Shown: positions 27,158 to 36,700 of the stretch, in pieces
Numbering within the stretch: the stretch's first letter is position 1
Layout of the letters: every line of letters begins with the position of its first letter
IMG/VR virus record: IMGVR_UViG_3300037321_000115
DNA from: a virus
Taxonomy: Duplodnaviria; Heunggongvirae; Uroviricota; Caudoviricetes
Strand: one strand, 5' to 3'
Length of the DNA: 64,000 bases
The notes under the pieces: generated by a model
The model's database searches: none
What the model was told of the DNA's origin: nothing
Seen by the model: only the letters and a program-made list of their open reading frames with translations
Translations under genes and position numbers: made by a program

Positions 27158-28078
27158 TTAATTGTCGGCGAGATTGCGGAAGAATGCCAAATCGTCGTCT
27201 GTATCAGCGGACGGGGACGTGTCAGAAGTAGAGCTCTTCTTTTCAGGTTCTTCTGAAACGTTGCTGAGTTTACTCATGTCGAGGTCCTCGTCAACCATAT
27301 TCTCTGCAGTTGAATTGTTACTTTCACCGAGGTTGCCTGAAACGCCAAGCACTTTGTGGAGACGTGCCTGCAGATCATCGTATGTTTTGAACTGTGAAGG
27401 TGCAATCAATTCTGCAAGAGAATTCAGCTGCTTGTACGTCTCTTCAAGCTTGACTTCGTCACCATCGTACAGTTGAGACGCTTCTTCCCACTCTGAACGA
27501 TCATAGTTTGGATAGCCTTCATATTGACGAATCTTCAGTTTGAAGTTAGCACCTTCCCAGAAGTCGAATGGGTTGATTGGCGTTTCGTCTTCGAACTGTG
27601 GCTTCATCATGTCGTTCAGCTTGTCAAAGATCTTTTTACCGTACGCGTAAAGAAAGACCTTGCCTTCGTTTTCAGGTTCAGCTGAATCTTTGACGACGAG
27701 AATGTTCGAATGGTACTTCAGACGACGCTTCTGCTTGCGAACTTGCTCTTTGTCAGCTTCGTTCCCTGTATTCCACAGCTTTGCGTTGAATTTGCCCAAC
27801 GGATCATCTTGTCCAATAGTGGACAAAGACTTCTCGATGTACCATCCACCTGTACTCTTAAATGCGTGATCCCACACACGAACGAAAGGAACGTCATCAC
27901 CCTCTGCAGCAGGCAGAAAGCGAATGATTGCGAATCCATTACCTGCAGTGTCGCGAGTAGGGGTCCAGTATTTTTCTTTGAGGGGATCTGCGAAGCCTTT
28001 TGAGGCCATCTTGTCAAGCTGTGACGAAAGTTTGTCCAGTGAGCTTGAACGGTTCTTCTTTAAATTTGCAAAAGACAT
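27158..28078 (-). CDS. gp32: single-stranded DNA-binding protein
   Basis: AIIRFLPA, WYIEKSLSTIGQDDP, GKVFLYAYGKKIFDK, PFDFWEGANFKLKI, acidic tail ending DDLAFFRNLA. Confidence 0.96.
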   Translation of the reverse strand: MSFANLKKNRSSSLDKLSSQLDKMASKGFADPLKEKYWTPTRDTAGNGFAIIRFLPAAEGDDVPFVRVWDHAFKSTGGWYIEKSLSTIGQDDPLGKFNAKLWNTGNEADKEQVRKQKRRLKYHSNILVVKDSAEPENEGKVFLYAYGKKIFDKLNDMMKPQFEDETPINPFDFWEGANFKLKIRQYEGYPNYDRSEWEEASQLYDGDEVKLEETYKQLNSLAELIAPSQFKTYDDLQARLHKVLGVSGNLGESNNSTAENMVDEDLDMSKLSNVSEEPEKKSSTSDTSPSADTDDDLAFFRNLADN

Positions 28079-28177
28079 TAATATCTCCTTGTTTTGCGAT
28101 GTATGAATTTGATATGACAGTTTTGCGTAACCTTCTGCAGCTACGAATGTATTTATGTGGTTTTTTGGAGAGTTTAG

Positions 28178-28780
28178 TTAGAAGAATCGATCTTTTATCA
28201 CTTTTGTTACTTTTTCTTTTGAGTATACAAGAAATGGGTGATACTTGTCGATCTTCAGTGTTATATCAGGAAACAGAACTTTGTCCGTTACTGTCTTGTT
28301 CCAATATGCTTGGCTGTTAGTCATCTTTGTAATTATCGTAAGTAGTTCAAGTGTGATCCGCTTTTGAAGATAAAGATTGACTATGTGTGGATATTGTCCG
28401 TTGTCCACTTTGAAGTTTGATTGCAGATCGTCGTCCAGATCGCTCAATCCTTCTTTTACGTGGTGAGTGATTGCGCTTTGTTTTTTGGCCCAATCTGTAT
28501 GAACCGCACGTGCTGAATCGTCTAACAATTGACCTGCCCAGATCTTGGGATTGAGTATGACATTTGATAAAATCAAACCTTCGTAATCTTTTTGTTTGCC
28601 CATCCGTTGAAATGTAAAGGCGTCCTTTCTGTGGACAAAACTTTCAAAAGATGCATTGACTTTTCCGTTGTACTTGTGGTAGTCGTAAGATGGAGTAGTA
28701 AAGTGTCGCTTCAGAGCAAGATAAGTTGTGTATGCTTTAAAGCCTGTTTCATTCAAAGAAGTGTGTTGAAGTAGTATCAT
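28178..28780 (-). CDS. gp59: helicase loader
   Basis: YLALKRHFT...YDYHKYNGKV...F..RKD, ITLELL. Confidence 0.9.
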   Translation of the reverse strand: MILLQHTSLNETGFKAYTTYLALKRHFTTPSYDYHKYNGKVNASFESFVHRKDAFTFQRMGKQKDYEGLILSNVILNPKIWAGQLLDDSARAVHTDWAKKQSAITHHVKEGLSDLDDDLQSNFKVDNGQYPHIVNLYLQKRITLELLTIITKMTNSQAYWNKTVTDKVLFPDITLKIDKYHPFLVYSKEKVTKVIKDRFF

Positions 28781-29066
28781 TGTTCTTTAGTAGTCTCCTA
28801 TTCTTTGCCTCAACCCTGATCTTTTCCTTGATGGTAGGTGACTTCTTGATGATATCAGCCACAGCTTCTATTTCGAGGTTGTGCTCCTCAGCATATTCCA
28901 CCAAAGCGTCTATGTAGGACGCTCCAATCGCCAATCGCTTTTCAATCGCGAGGTGAATGCGTTCAGGTGTTTGAGTATCTAAGGTTGTCATGTCCATATT
29001 AAATTTTGCAACTTTCTGCACGTATGTTCCTGTGCGCCTGTAAAACCAATTTGAAATGCCCTGCAT
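28749..29066 (-). CDS. gp33: late-transcription coactivator
   Basis: SYIDALVEYAEEHNLEIE.V..II...IKEKI..EA; true start may be the downstream Met. Confidence 0.8.
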   Translation of the reverse strand: MQGISNWFYRRTGTYVQKVAKFNMDMTTLDTQTPERIHLAIEKRLAIGASYIDALVEYAEEHNLEIEAVADIIKKSPTIKEKIRVEAKNRRLLKNNDTTSTHFFE

Positions 29067-29197
29067 GCACGGCTCGCATCTTGTCTTGAAGAATACATGT
29101 CTGCAAATATGACATATTCATAATGACCTTCACTCAACTTTAGACGGACAAACAATTCTGTAAAATCTACTTCATAGTTGCCATATTTTTCAACCAT
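28988..29197 (-). CDS. hypothetical protein
   Basis: 69 aa ORF in the co-directional run. Confidence 0.45.
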   Translation of the reverse strand: MVEKYGNYEVDFTELFVRLKLSEGHYEYVIFADMYSSRQDASRACRAFQIGFTGAQEHTCRKLQNLIWT

Positions 29198-29393
29198 TCA
29201 ACACGTTAATCGCTGCTAACCAACTCGCTGCTGCGCTTTCCACAAATTTCGCAGTCTTATCAGGGTAATCTTCGCTGTTGACTTGATTGCCGTTGACAAA
29301 GTATTTTATAGAAAACATTGTGTCGGTATGGTGTATCTGTGCCTCGAAGGACACATTATCTGCTTCTTTCATGTGCGTCTTTACAATTGCCAT
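29190..29393 (-). CDS. hypothetical protein
   Basis: 67 aa ORF with upstream GGA RBS. Confidence 0.55.
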   Translation of the reverse strand: MAIVKTHMKEADNVSFEAQIHHTDTMFSIKYFVNGNQVNSEDYPDKTAKFVESAAASWLAAINVLNG

Positions 29394-29504
29394 AAAAAGT
29401 TTTTCCTTCCTGTCGCTCAGCTTATACTGAACTGTGTTACGTGAAACTAGATCAAGGACATCTTACACCGAGATGGTCGATGTTCGGGATACGACTGTAC
29501 ATCT

Positions 29505-30140
29505 TCATTTAACGAAGAATCCAATCCTTGGTTTCAACAAGAAACCATCTGCATCGTCGGGGGCATTGATATAAGCATACCCGTTTTTCTGTAGTATATC
29601 AACAACTTCTTCGTTCTTTTCCCACAGAGGGATTAAAAAATTATATTGAGGATCAGGACTGTCACGAAGGTGAACTTCAATTATTTTGTCGCCTATAAAC
29701 TCCACATTGAACGAAGGAACCTTTACCAAGTCGTTATACAGAAACGACGGTATCTCAAAATTGTCACGTTCGATCTTTTTCCAGGACGTGAACGTGGACA
29801 GATCTGTCGGGCTATTGAACCCTTGATAGCACGATATCTGAACTACAACACCACCATTCACAGCATATGAAACAGAACAATGTGGTCCTTCAAACCATTC
29901 GCACCAGAAGTGACCTGGTGGCACTTTGCACAACTCGTCCTCGTCCATCCAGATTTTCTCTGCACCTACCCCCATTCCACGCAAGTTCATGATGGGCCTT
30001 GAAACAAACCATCCTGGCGTTTCAGGTCCTACACCACCAGGTCCGCAATGGTAATTGAGATTCTCTGCAAGCCACAGCTTATTGAATAAGTGTACGAGGT
30101 TGGGATGTTCACGATATGCTTTACTGTCGTCGTCGTTCAT
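29505..30140 (-). CDS. conserved T4-like protein, possible ATP-grasp-like fold
   Basis: FNKLWLA..L.Y.CGP.G, RPIMNL.GMG.GA, FWCEWFEG.H.SV, NVEFIGDKIIEVHLR. Confidence 0.65.
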   Translation of the reverse strand: MNDDDSKAYREHPNLVHLFNKLWLAENLNYHCGPGGVGPETPGWFVSRPIMNLRGMGVGAEKIWMDEDELCKVPPGHFWCEWFEGPHCSVSYAVNGGVVVQISCYQGFNSPTDLSTFTSWKKIERDNFEIPSFLYNDLVKVPSFNVEFIGDKIIEVHLRDSPDPQYNFLIPLWEKNEEVVDILQKNGYAYINAPDDADGFLLKPRIGFFVK

Positions 30141-30361
30141 ATTATACTCCCTAGAACACGGCCGTTTTTATGGTTTGGTCTATCTTTTTAGAGGGCTGCT
30201 CCGCGTCGCCTTATAACAGCGGCTCTGGTCGCACCATGACGACGCAGGTCTCGCCGATATTCGCCTTACCAGCAAACCAGTCGCGCAGCGTCATGCCGTG
30301 CTCTGCACAAGGGGCGTGCGGCTCGTTAGAGTGAGGGATCGGGAACGCGGCCCCACCGCTG

Positions 30362-30628
30362 TCATGCCAGTTCATGCTGCCACCCCACGACTGGCGCGTC
30401 GGCAATAAGTTGCAACAGGGTGTCGCACTGACGTTTGATGGCATCGGCATCGGCATAGGCGGCGGCATAGGCGGCGGCATAGGCGGCGGCATAGGCGGCG
30501 GCACGAGCAGCAGCATCGTAAGTAGCCAAAGCAACAACATCAGCCTCAGCCTCAGCAGCACGAGCAGCAGCATCATAAGTAGCCAAAGCAGCATCCATTG
30601 CAGCTTTAAGTTCTTCTAGTTTAGTCAT
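30362..30628 (-). CDS. Ala-rich low-complexity protein (MTKLEELKAA family)
   Basis: Start moved to ATGACTAAACTAGAA at 30628; (AAAY)n repeat from a 12-bp tandem repeat. Confidence 0.6.
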   Translation of the reverse strand: MTKLEELKAAMDAALATYDAAARAAEAEADVVALATYDAAARAAAYAAAYAAAYAAAYADADAIKRQCDTLLQLIADAPVVGWQHELA

Positions 30629-30815
30629 TTGGTAATCCCTTTGTTTTCTTTTGTTCATTCTCGACGGCATTAAGGGCAGCTGTTGCTAGGCAAGAAACCA
30701 ATTCATCGGCACGTACACCCCAACCAAAGGAACCCTCGTCTAGTTCGCCCCACAGGGCATCTTCAATTTTATCCAGTAGTTGTGCCCTACGGGCACCCTC
30801 TAGTTTAGTCATCAT
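30621..30815 (-). CDS. hypothetical protein (MTKLE start)
   Basis: 64 aa, coupled to both neighbours. Confidence 0.6.
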   Translation of the reverse strand: MMTKLEGARRAQLLDKIEDALWGELDEGSFGWGVRADELVSCLATAALNAVENEQKKTKGLPND

Positions 30816-31003
30816 AGTAAGTCCTTATCAATTTCAGCTAATGCAATCAGGAACTTCTCTTGCAGTAAGGATTGTTGTACCCCTATGGTGATTGTCTTCC
30901 AAGAGATATGTCCTAGCTGTTGTGGCCCTTCTGGCGTTTCATCTATAAGCCAGATTCCTAGCTCATCTGTGTCTAGTGTTAGGTTAATCATTTGATAATC
31001 CAA
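30812..31003 (-). CDS. hypothetical protein
   Basis: 63 aa, 4-nt overlap with the next gene. Confidence 0.5.
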   Translation of the reverse strand: MDYQMINLTLDTDELGIWLIDETPEGPQQLGHISWKTITIGVQQSLLQEKFLIALAEIDKDLL

Positions 31004-31314
31004 TCCATATTTAACCAGTCAGTATCTTCTGGCATCATTTCAACTTTATCACCGTGAAGTTCTTGTAGTCGTGTCCATACCCCTGCGTTATTCATCCTTA
31101 ACATAAAAGAACGTTTATTACAACGATACACAGAGCCAGAGCTACCGTAGAATAACCAGTGGCCGTCAGCATCGTCAACACGAATGATACCGCTGTTCAT
31201 TCGCCAGCTATCGCCATCTAAGTAACCGCCACTCCACCCGCCTAGAACACGGTAGTGAGGGTCATCACCTTTCAGTTTAAAAATGACCCAGTTGTCAGGT
31301 GTATACTCAGTCAT
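30988..31314 (-). CDS. conserved phage hypothetical protein
   Basis: Y.PDNWV, YRVLGGWSGGYL.GDSWRMNSGI, FYGSSGSVYRC. Confidence 0.75.
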   Translation of the reverse strand: MTEYTPDNWVIFKLKGDDPHYRVLGGWSGGYLDGDSWRMNSGIIRVDDADGHWLFYGSSGSVYRCNKRSFMLRMNNAGVWTRLQELHGDKVEMMPEDTDWLNMDWIIK

Positions 31315-31467
31315 CTTGTTCCACCGATATGTAGTGGTCTGAATCTATAGTAAAACCACACCCCCTCAAGAAGTAAGTAAACTGTTGCAACACTTCCTGC
31401 ACACTCATTAGGTCAGCATTGAATTCTAAAGTAATTTTAGAGCCAGCTGAGTTTGTGTTAGTGAACT

Positions 31468-31659
31468 TCATTTTGTTTCTCCTTTTATATAAGCCTCACA
31501 GACATCTGAAAAGTCAGCCATAGCAATAGGTGCATTGTCAGGGTCGTGGGACCACCACTTACGTGAACCATCTCGTTCAGCCTCCCCGAAGTGTCTATGG
31601 CAGGTTGTGTTGGTGCAATCAGACGCACAGAACGTCTTGTCTTTATAGCATAGTGGCAT
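31468..31659 (-). CDS. small Cys-rich hypothetical protein
   Basis: CYKDKTFCASDC....CHRH pattern. Confidence 0.65.
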   Translation of the reverse strand: MPLCYKDKTFCASDCTNTTCHRHFGEAERDGSRKWWSHDPDNAPIAMADFSDVCEAYIKGETK

Positions 31660-31790
31660 CAGTATTGGTCCTTGTTTAGCTCGGCATTATAAGTAGCATA
31701 AGCATCAGCAGCAGCAGCATCATAAGCAGCAGCATCATAAGCAGCTTTAGCAGCAGCTTGAGCTGCCTTGAGTTCTTCTAGTTTAGTCAT
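31659..31790 (-). CDS. 43 aa Ala-rich protein (MTKLEELKAA family), not in the ORF track
   Basis: MTKLEELKAAQAAAKAAYDAAAYDAAAADAYATYNAELNKDQY; TGA overlaps the next ATG. Confidence 0.55.
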   Translation of the reverse strand: MTKLEELKAAQAAAKAAYDAAAYDAAAADAYATYNAELNKDQY

Positions 31791-31990
31791 TAGTCTATCC
31801 TCTCTGTAGTAGTCCATGTCTCTATCCATAGACATTCTGTTACCCCTCCCCCATCAAAGCCGACCAACTCACGGGGAACAGCTCCCGCATTCCCTCACTG
31901 ATCTGGTCCGCCTCCAAGAAACCTGCTGCGTAGGCGTGGTCTACGTATGTTGCTTTAATCTGAGGGACTTGTCCCGATTTATGTATCATA

Positions 31991-32650
31991 TTATTTACTC
32001 TCCTTTAGTACATAAGTAATACCATCAATTACTACTTCTTTACCATTACAACTAGGCTTCTTCTTGGGTGAAGTATCAGCTTTATGCTCTGCTTCTTTCA
32101 AATCTTTACCATTGAGGCACCACCACTTATCACCATTGCTATGCTCAATAGCTGGTCCATCTTCTCGGTGTAGCTTACCATTAAGATACCAAGACTTATT
32201 ACCATTGCTATACTCAACAGCAGGTCCCTCTTCTCGGTGTAGCTTACCTTTAAGGTACCAACACTTATCACCATCGTTATACTCAACAGCAGGTCCATCT
32301 TCTCGGTGTAGCTTATCGTTGATGTACCAATACCTAGAACCATTGGCCCACTCAATAGCAGGGCCATCTTCTCGGTGTTGCTTATCGTTAAGGTACCAGA
32401 ACTTAGTACCATCGCTATACTCAGTAGCAGGCCCATCTTCTCGGTGTCGCTTACCCTTGAGGTACCAAGACTTATAACCACTGTTATACTCAACAGCAGG
32501 GCCACCTTCTCGGTGCCGCTTACCATTAAGGTACCAAAACTTATCACCATTGTTATACTCAATAGCTGGTCCATCTTCTCGGTGTTGCTTACCGTTGAGG
32601 TACCAATACCTAGAACCATTAGTGTCTACTGTAACTGTATATTCAATCAT
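31991..32650 (-). CDS. tandem-repeat protein (WYLNGK.HREDGPA(I/V)E repeats, MORN-like)
   Basis: Seven to eight copies of a 23 aa (69 bp) unit. Confidence 0.85.
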   Translation of the reverse strand: MIEYTVTVDTNGSRYWYLNGKQHREDGPAIEYNNGDKFWYLNGKRHREGGPAVEYNSGYKSWYLKGKRHREDGPATEYSDGTKFWYLNDKQHREDGPAIEWANGSRYWYINDKLHREDGPAVEYNDGDKCWYLKGKLHREEGPAVEYSNGNKSWYLNGKLHREDGPAIEHSNGDKWWCLNGKDLKEAEHKADTSPKKKPSCNGKEVVIDGITYVLKESK

Positions 32651-33376
32651 CCTGTTTCTCCTTTAGGGTGCAGGTAACAACTTCTTTACCTTCATGAGAG
32701 GGCTTCTTAGATGTAGCAGCTTTATGTTCTGCCGTCTAAGTGATGCGTTGCCGCGTACCTCACATGTCAAGCATACCTGTGACTTGCACACATGTCCAGC
32801 TCTCAATCCGCTTAGCGAAATTGTAAGATGTTTCACGCATAGGACCAAGGGTTTCCATGTGACCACTGACTTGATACTCCAACACACATAGCTGACGCAC
32901 ATCAGTAGTCACATGCAATACGCTCTGTTGGTCCTCCACCTAGTCAGTGTCTCGAATGAATTTATCGAAGTTGGCCTGACCCATCGTAAAGAGGGCTCAA
33001 GTTCCCCGTAGCACGCTTAGTATCAAGAAAACGAGTGAAGGTGGCCATAGTGTGAAGACTAGACACATTATCAACAGAGAATATTACCTTAGATAAGTAC
33101 ATTTTATTCCATCCTTGCTACGTATTCACATACAACATCAGCGTTATATCCTCAGCGATGCCCATCGCGCCGTACACGTCCAGTTGGAAGTCACTCTTGA
33201 TTACATCTGACATTCTAATTGTTCCTTTTCCGCAGGTGGAGTTGACACGCAAACAGCACTCAAGCTATTAAGCCAGGCACGGTGGACCCACAGGTAAGTC
33301 AAGGCCGCAAACACCGCCTCTTGGTCCATCCTAGGGTTTCGTGCAGGGGTCCAAGTATACGGTACATTATTAACAG

Positions 33377-33949
33377 TTATGGTTTGGTTGGCGATTCCAT
33401 GTCAGCAAACACCACTTCAATTTCATCAAAAACTTTGTAGACAAATTCAAAGCACAGGTTAGCTTCAGTTGCAAGACCATCATGTAATTTTTCTCTCACT
33501 CTAGCTTTCAAGTCATCTACCTCACAGTCAAATTCATAATGCGTCGAAGGTCCTGGCACGTATTTTTTGATAATTTGGCCACCAGACAGATCGCCCATGT
33601 GTCTGACATAAACATGAGCTAAAAGGGAATCGTAATCCTCTTTGATGGCGTTTAAATGGTCGATGTAAGCGTATGTAGCTTTACACATTGTAGGAACTAC
33701 AAACGAAGCATTTGAGCTCTCCATCTCCAACATGTCGTCGTTCATCTTGGAAGCTCTTGAAATGTCTTCAATGCCTTCGAGCACACCTACTTGTCTCGCA
33801 CATCCTTCAAGATGTACGTACACGTGGTGTAGGTTACAAAGATATACATAATATTGGTGTTGTGAAAGATGTTTTTTGAGAAGGCGTTTCACAAAAACAG
33901 TTCTCTCGACCTTTTTGTGATTTTCCCACGTCAGCTCTTTTAATGACAT
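33377..33949 (-). CDS. hemO: heme oxygenase
   Basis: LKELT.E.H..VE (proximal His), LLAHVYVRHMGDLSGGQII, EAN.CFE. Confidence 0.92.
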   Translation of the reverse strand: MSLKELTWENHKKVERTVFVKRLLKKHLSQHQYYVYLCNLHHVYVHLEGCARQVGVLEGIEDISRASKMNDDMLEMESSNASFVVPTMCKATYAYIDHLNAIKEDYDSLLAHVYVRHMGDLSGGQIIKKYVPGPSTHYEFDCEVDDLKARVREKLHDGLATEANLCFEFVYKVFDEIEVVFADMESPTKP

Positions 33950-33967
33950 TGTAACTCCTGTTAATGA

Positions 33968-33996
33968 GAAGGAGGGGCCATTATGGCCCCTCCTTC
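33968..33996. terminator. intrinsic terminator
   Basis: GAAGGAGGGGCC-attat-GGCCCCTCCTTC perfect inverted repeat. Confidence 0.7.
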
Positions 33997-34015
33997 TACA
34001 ATCTATATTTATGGG

Positions 34016-34582
34016 TTAGAAACGATATGTCGCGTTTACATTCAAGTCTACGTTTTTAGACTCAGTTGAATATGTTACACTTGGTGTAACAGTCGTTCCG
34101 GATGTGAGTGTGAATGGTGTCCCAACTTCTACAACGCCGCCCAAACCGTTAAAGTCGTTTGACGCGTCCCACGTGTACCCAACTTCACCATATACACTGA
34201 CCATGTCTGCAATCTCATGTGATACGCCCACAGTAGGATCAATAGACCATACACCACTGCTGAAATCTACCGTACTTGCATATTTAATAGCCGCGGTGCC
34301 GTAAACATCAACGCTGTCAATCAAAGTAGCAGATCGCGTGTACTCTCCACGCACGTACAAATTGTCCGATTCAACGATGTCCGTGCCGACAGCAATGTGG
34401 AAGTCAGATACAGTCACGCCCACTTGAATGTCTGCCAAGCCGTCGTTGTTTGCACCAACTTCGACGTCAAGTGCTCCAGACACGAGTGTGAGATCAGCTG
34501 TTGTGTTGTTGAAGTTGTCTGCAATGGCTGGTGTAACTAGAAGTGTGGCAATCGCTGCTAGTGTCATCATAAATGTTTTCAT
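34016..34582 (-). CDS. outer-membrane beta-barrel protein (porin-like)
   Basis: Sec signal peptide ending PAIA, alternating amphipathic strands, terminal YRF (BAM-type signature). Confidence 0.7.
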   Translation of the reverse strand: MKTFMMTLAAIATLLVTPAIADNFNNTTADLTLVSGALDVEVGANNDGLADIQVGVTVSDFHIAVGTDIVESDNLYVRGEYTRSATLIDSVDVYGTAAIKYASTVDFSSGVWSIDPTVGVSHEIADMVSVYGEVGYTWDASNDFNGLGGVVEVGTPFTLTSGTTVTPSVTYSTESKNVDLNVNATYRF

Positions 34583-34635
34583 GTAGTGTCCTTAGTGTTG
34601 TGTTGTATGAGCATTATTGCTCGGTTGTATTGGTT

Positions 34636-35097
34636 TTACCTTGTGTAGTGGTCTGCACTTGTAGAAGCAGCCCACGATTCAGGCTTTAACTTCGCTCGAA
34701 TTCCTGTGACGCCAAGAACATAGCCTGCAGCCTGTGTTGCGACACAGCTTGATCCGTTCTTCGTGTCGTTGCTAATATCCAAATGTATTTCAACATCATA
34801 TGAATCAATTAGGGGTGCAAGTTGAGTGTAAAGTTCGCATGACTTCTGCACTTCAGTCATAAAACGGATTGAAGGACGGTTTTTCTTTTCATCATAATCT
34901 CGTGCAACATGTTCAGATCTGTAGATCGTACATCCATGGCGACCGTTTTTATGAACGACAAGCACAGTCGCGTATCGAGCATGCCAAACATTGCATATTT
35001 TGAATCTGAACGAATCAGTTCCTATATACAGTCTTGTATCAGGACTTAACGAACAAAGCAATTCAACTAACTGCTCTTCTTGATTTACTGTGAACAT
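34636..35097 (-). CDS. RNase H-like YkuK (DUF458) family protein
   Basis: YIGTDS, YATVLVVH, R...EV.KS, EIHLDI, K.KPESWAAS..ADH. Confidence 0.8.
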   Translation of the reverse strand: MFTVNQEEQLVELLCSLSPDTRLYIGTDSFRFKICNVWHARYATVLVVHKNGRHGCTIYRSEHVARDYDEKKNRPSIRFMTEVQKSCELYTQLAPLIDSYDVEIHLDISNDTKNGSSCVATQAAGYVLGVTGIRAKLKPESWAASTSADHYTR

Positions 35098-35099
35098 TT

Positions 35100-35330
35100 T
35101 TAAGTGTTGTACTCAATTCTGAATACACCTTCTGTTGTTTTCATTGCTTGTTGGGCTTCGAACCACATAGAGTGTGACATGTTGATCAAATCATAGCGAG
35201 CTATGTTTTCGTTCCATTGGCGAATAAACACTTCGTTGCCATCAATAAAAACGTGAACGTCCTCGTGATTGCCTCGATCGTCCATTACAGTTGTTACTGT
35301 CTCGTCAGAGAAAAATTCGTTTGTAAACAT
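35100..35330 (-). CDS. conserved T4-like hypothetical protein
   Basis: MFTNEF..DET.TTVMD....EDV.V.I...V.IRQW. Confidence 0.65.
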   Translation of the reverse strand: MFTNEFFSDETVTTVMDDRGNHEDVHVFIDGNEVFIRQWNENIARYDLINMSHSMWFEAQQAMKTTEGVFRIEYNT

Positions 35331-35374
35331 GTGTGAGTCGCCTCCGATAGAAATGGATTGAAATCAGTATACAA

Positions 35375-35818
35375 TCAGGTGCCTGCATAGCTGTCGATTG
35401 TCCACTGCATTTTGGAATGAAAGCGTATAGCATCTTCGAGCGTCGTCACAAGGGCTATACTACCGTTCAACGTGGCTGCTACATGCACCTCCTGAATCAG
35501 TGTCTCGATTAGCGCATTGTCGCCTGATAGACGAACAAACATGAACTTAGCACTGGGGATCCCCACCTCGTCTGAGATTTTTGTCAATTCTGAAAATCTG
35601 GTGAGTGATCCAGGAGCGTAAGCACCGAGCTGTCGAATGTGCTCTCCGTACATGTCTGTATATCCATTCAACGAAGTGTAATACTTCTGAAAAAACTTAT
35701 GATGATCGCCAAAATTTATCCCGCTGACATTCCAGTGATAATTTTGCGCTTTAATGCTCAGTGATACTGTTGATGCGAGAAGCGTCTTGAGAAACTCCGC
35801 GAGGGCCATGTTGTCCAT
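35375..35818 (-). CDS. dps: Dps ferritin-like DNA-protection protein
   Basis: K.QNYHWNVSG.NF..HH.FF..Y......D..GEHIR.LG ferroxidase motif; late promoter at 35843. Confidence 0.88.
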   Translation of the reverse strand: MDNMALAEFLKTLLASTVSLSIKAQNYHWNVSGINFGDHHKFFQKYYTSLNGYTDMYGEHIRQLGAYAPGSLTRFSELTKISDEVGIPSAKFMFVRLSGDNALIETLIQEVHVAATLNGSIALVTTLEDAIRFHSKMQWTIDSYAGT

Positions 35819-36097
35819 TGTTAATACTCCTTATTATAAACTTATTTATAATTATGCATGTCCATATTCAGTCACGCGAACTGTAGTGTCATGTGACCTA
35901 TAGAGGTCTACATGGCCACATATCTGCTTTGTACACAAGACATGTGGTTGAACGACTAGATACTGTTCGATGCTCACCACGCAGGCAGAAAGAGACACCA
36001 TCATGACAATTATCATAATAAGTTTTTTCATTGTCAAATTCAATCCTGAGATGAAAATCCTACAGTCATCCTCAAAGAGATCACAGGATTTGTTTTT

Positions 36098-36181
36098 TGG
36101 AGGTCAGCACGTGAATCAAACACGTTACCTTGCAGTGCCTGGGATTTGCAATCCCGCCTCTTATCATCCGAGCCGCTGACC
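36098..36181 (-). tRNA. tRNA-Cys(GCA) with long variable arm
   Basis: GGTCAGC/GCTGACC acceptor, U73, CCA, loop TTGCAAA, 14 nt variable region. Confidence 0.65.
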
Positions 36182-36253
36182 AATGTTGTTTCTTGTAATT
36201 GAGTTTCTGTTGTTGGCTCCTACTTAAACAATCGTGCAAGTAGGAGCCATTTT

Positions 36254-36598
36254 TTAACACAGTGACGAAACCGCATTGAAAAGTCCCTTGATGAACTTTC
36301 CAGTGTCCTTAGCTTCTTTATAAAGAAACGCTTTCATTGTACGCTTCGGCAACTGCGAAAAAGGAAGCTGGACATTGACGTGCTGTCCGTTGAGAACGCC
36401 GTCACAATATGACACATCAAAGAAAGGACATCCTCGGTCGGAAAGCAGACGGAGACGTGTAATCTCAAGACCTGCTGTCGTCCAACACACTTTAGCAACA
36501 CCACCTTTTTGAGCGTAGCGTTCGTTGTGGTACTGTGCACCGTTCACAAGACCGTTTACTTCTCCGACAGAGGGACGATTTGTTGTTTCAAAAGACAT
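36254..36598 (-). CDS. conserved phage hypothetical protein
   Basis: ITRLRLLSD...PFFDVSYC.G motif. Confidence 0.65.
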   Translation of the reverse strand: MSFETTNRPSVGEVNGLVNGAQYHNERYAQKGGVAKVCWTTAGLEITRLRLLSDRGCPFFDVSYCDGVLNGQHVNVQLPFSQLPKRTMKAFLYKEAKDTGKFIKGLFNAVSSLC

Positions 36599-36700
36599 GG
36601 CGTTTCCTTTATATCTTCTCTATACATTCAATTTAGCACAAAGAAGATATTGTGTCAACACGTCTTGTGTCGTTATTTACTTCGACACTCCTAGAAAAAT

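Noticed and set aside
30211-30594. Pro/Met-rich ORF (PPPMPPPM) and the Gly/Ser-rich + strand ORF 30374-30619
   Set aside because: Alternative-frame and antisense shadows of the Ala-rich repeat gene 30362-30628.
31991-32650. Repeat gene and upstream fragment as a diversity-generating retroelement (TR/VR)
   Set aside because: There is no reverse transcriptase in the window, and differences between repeats are not confined to adenines.
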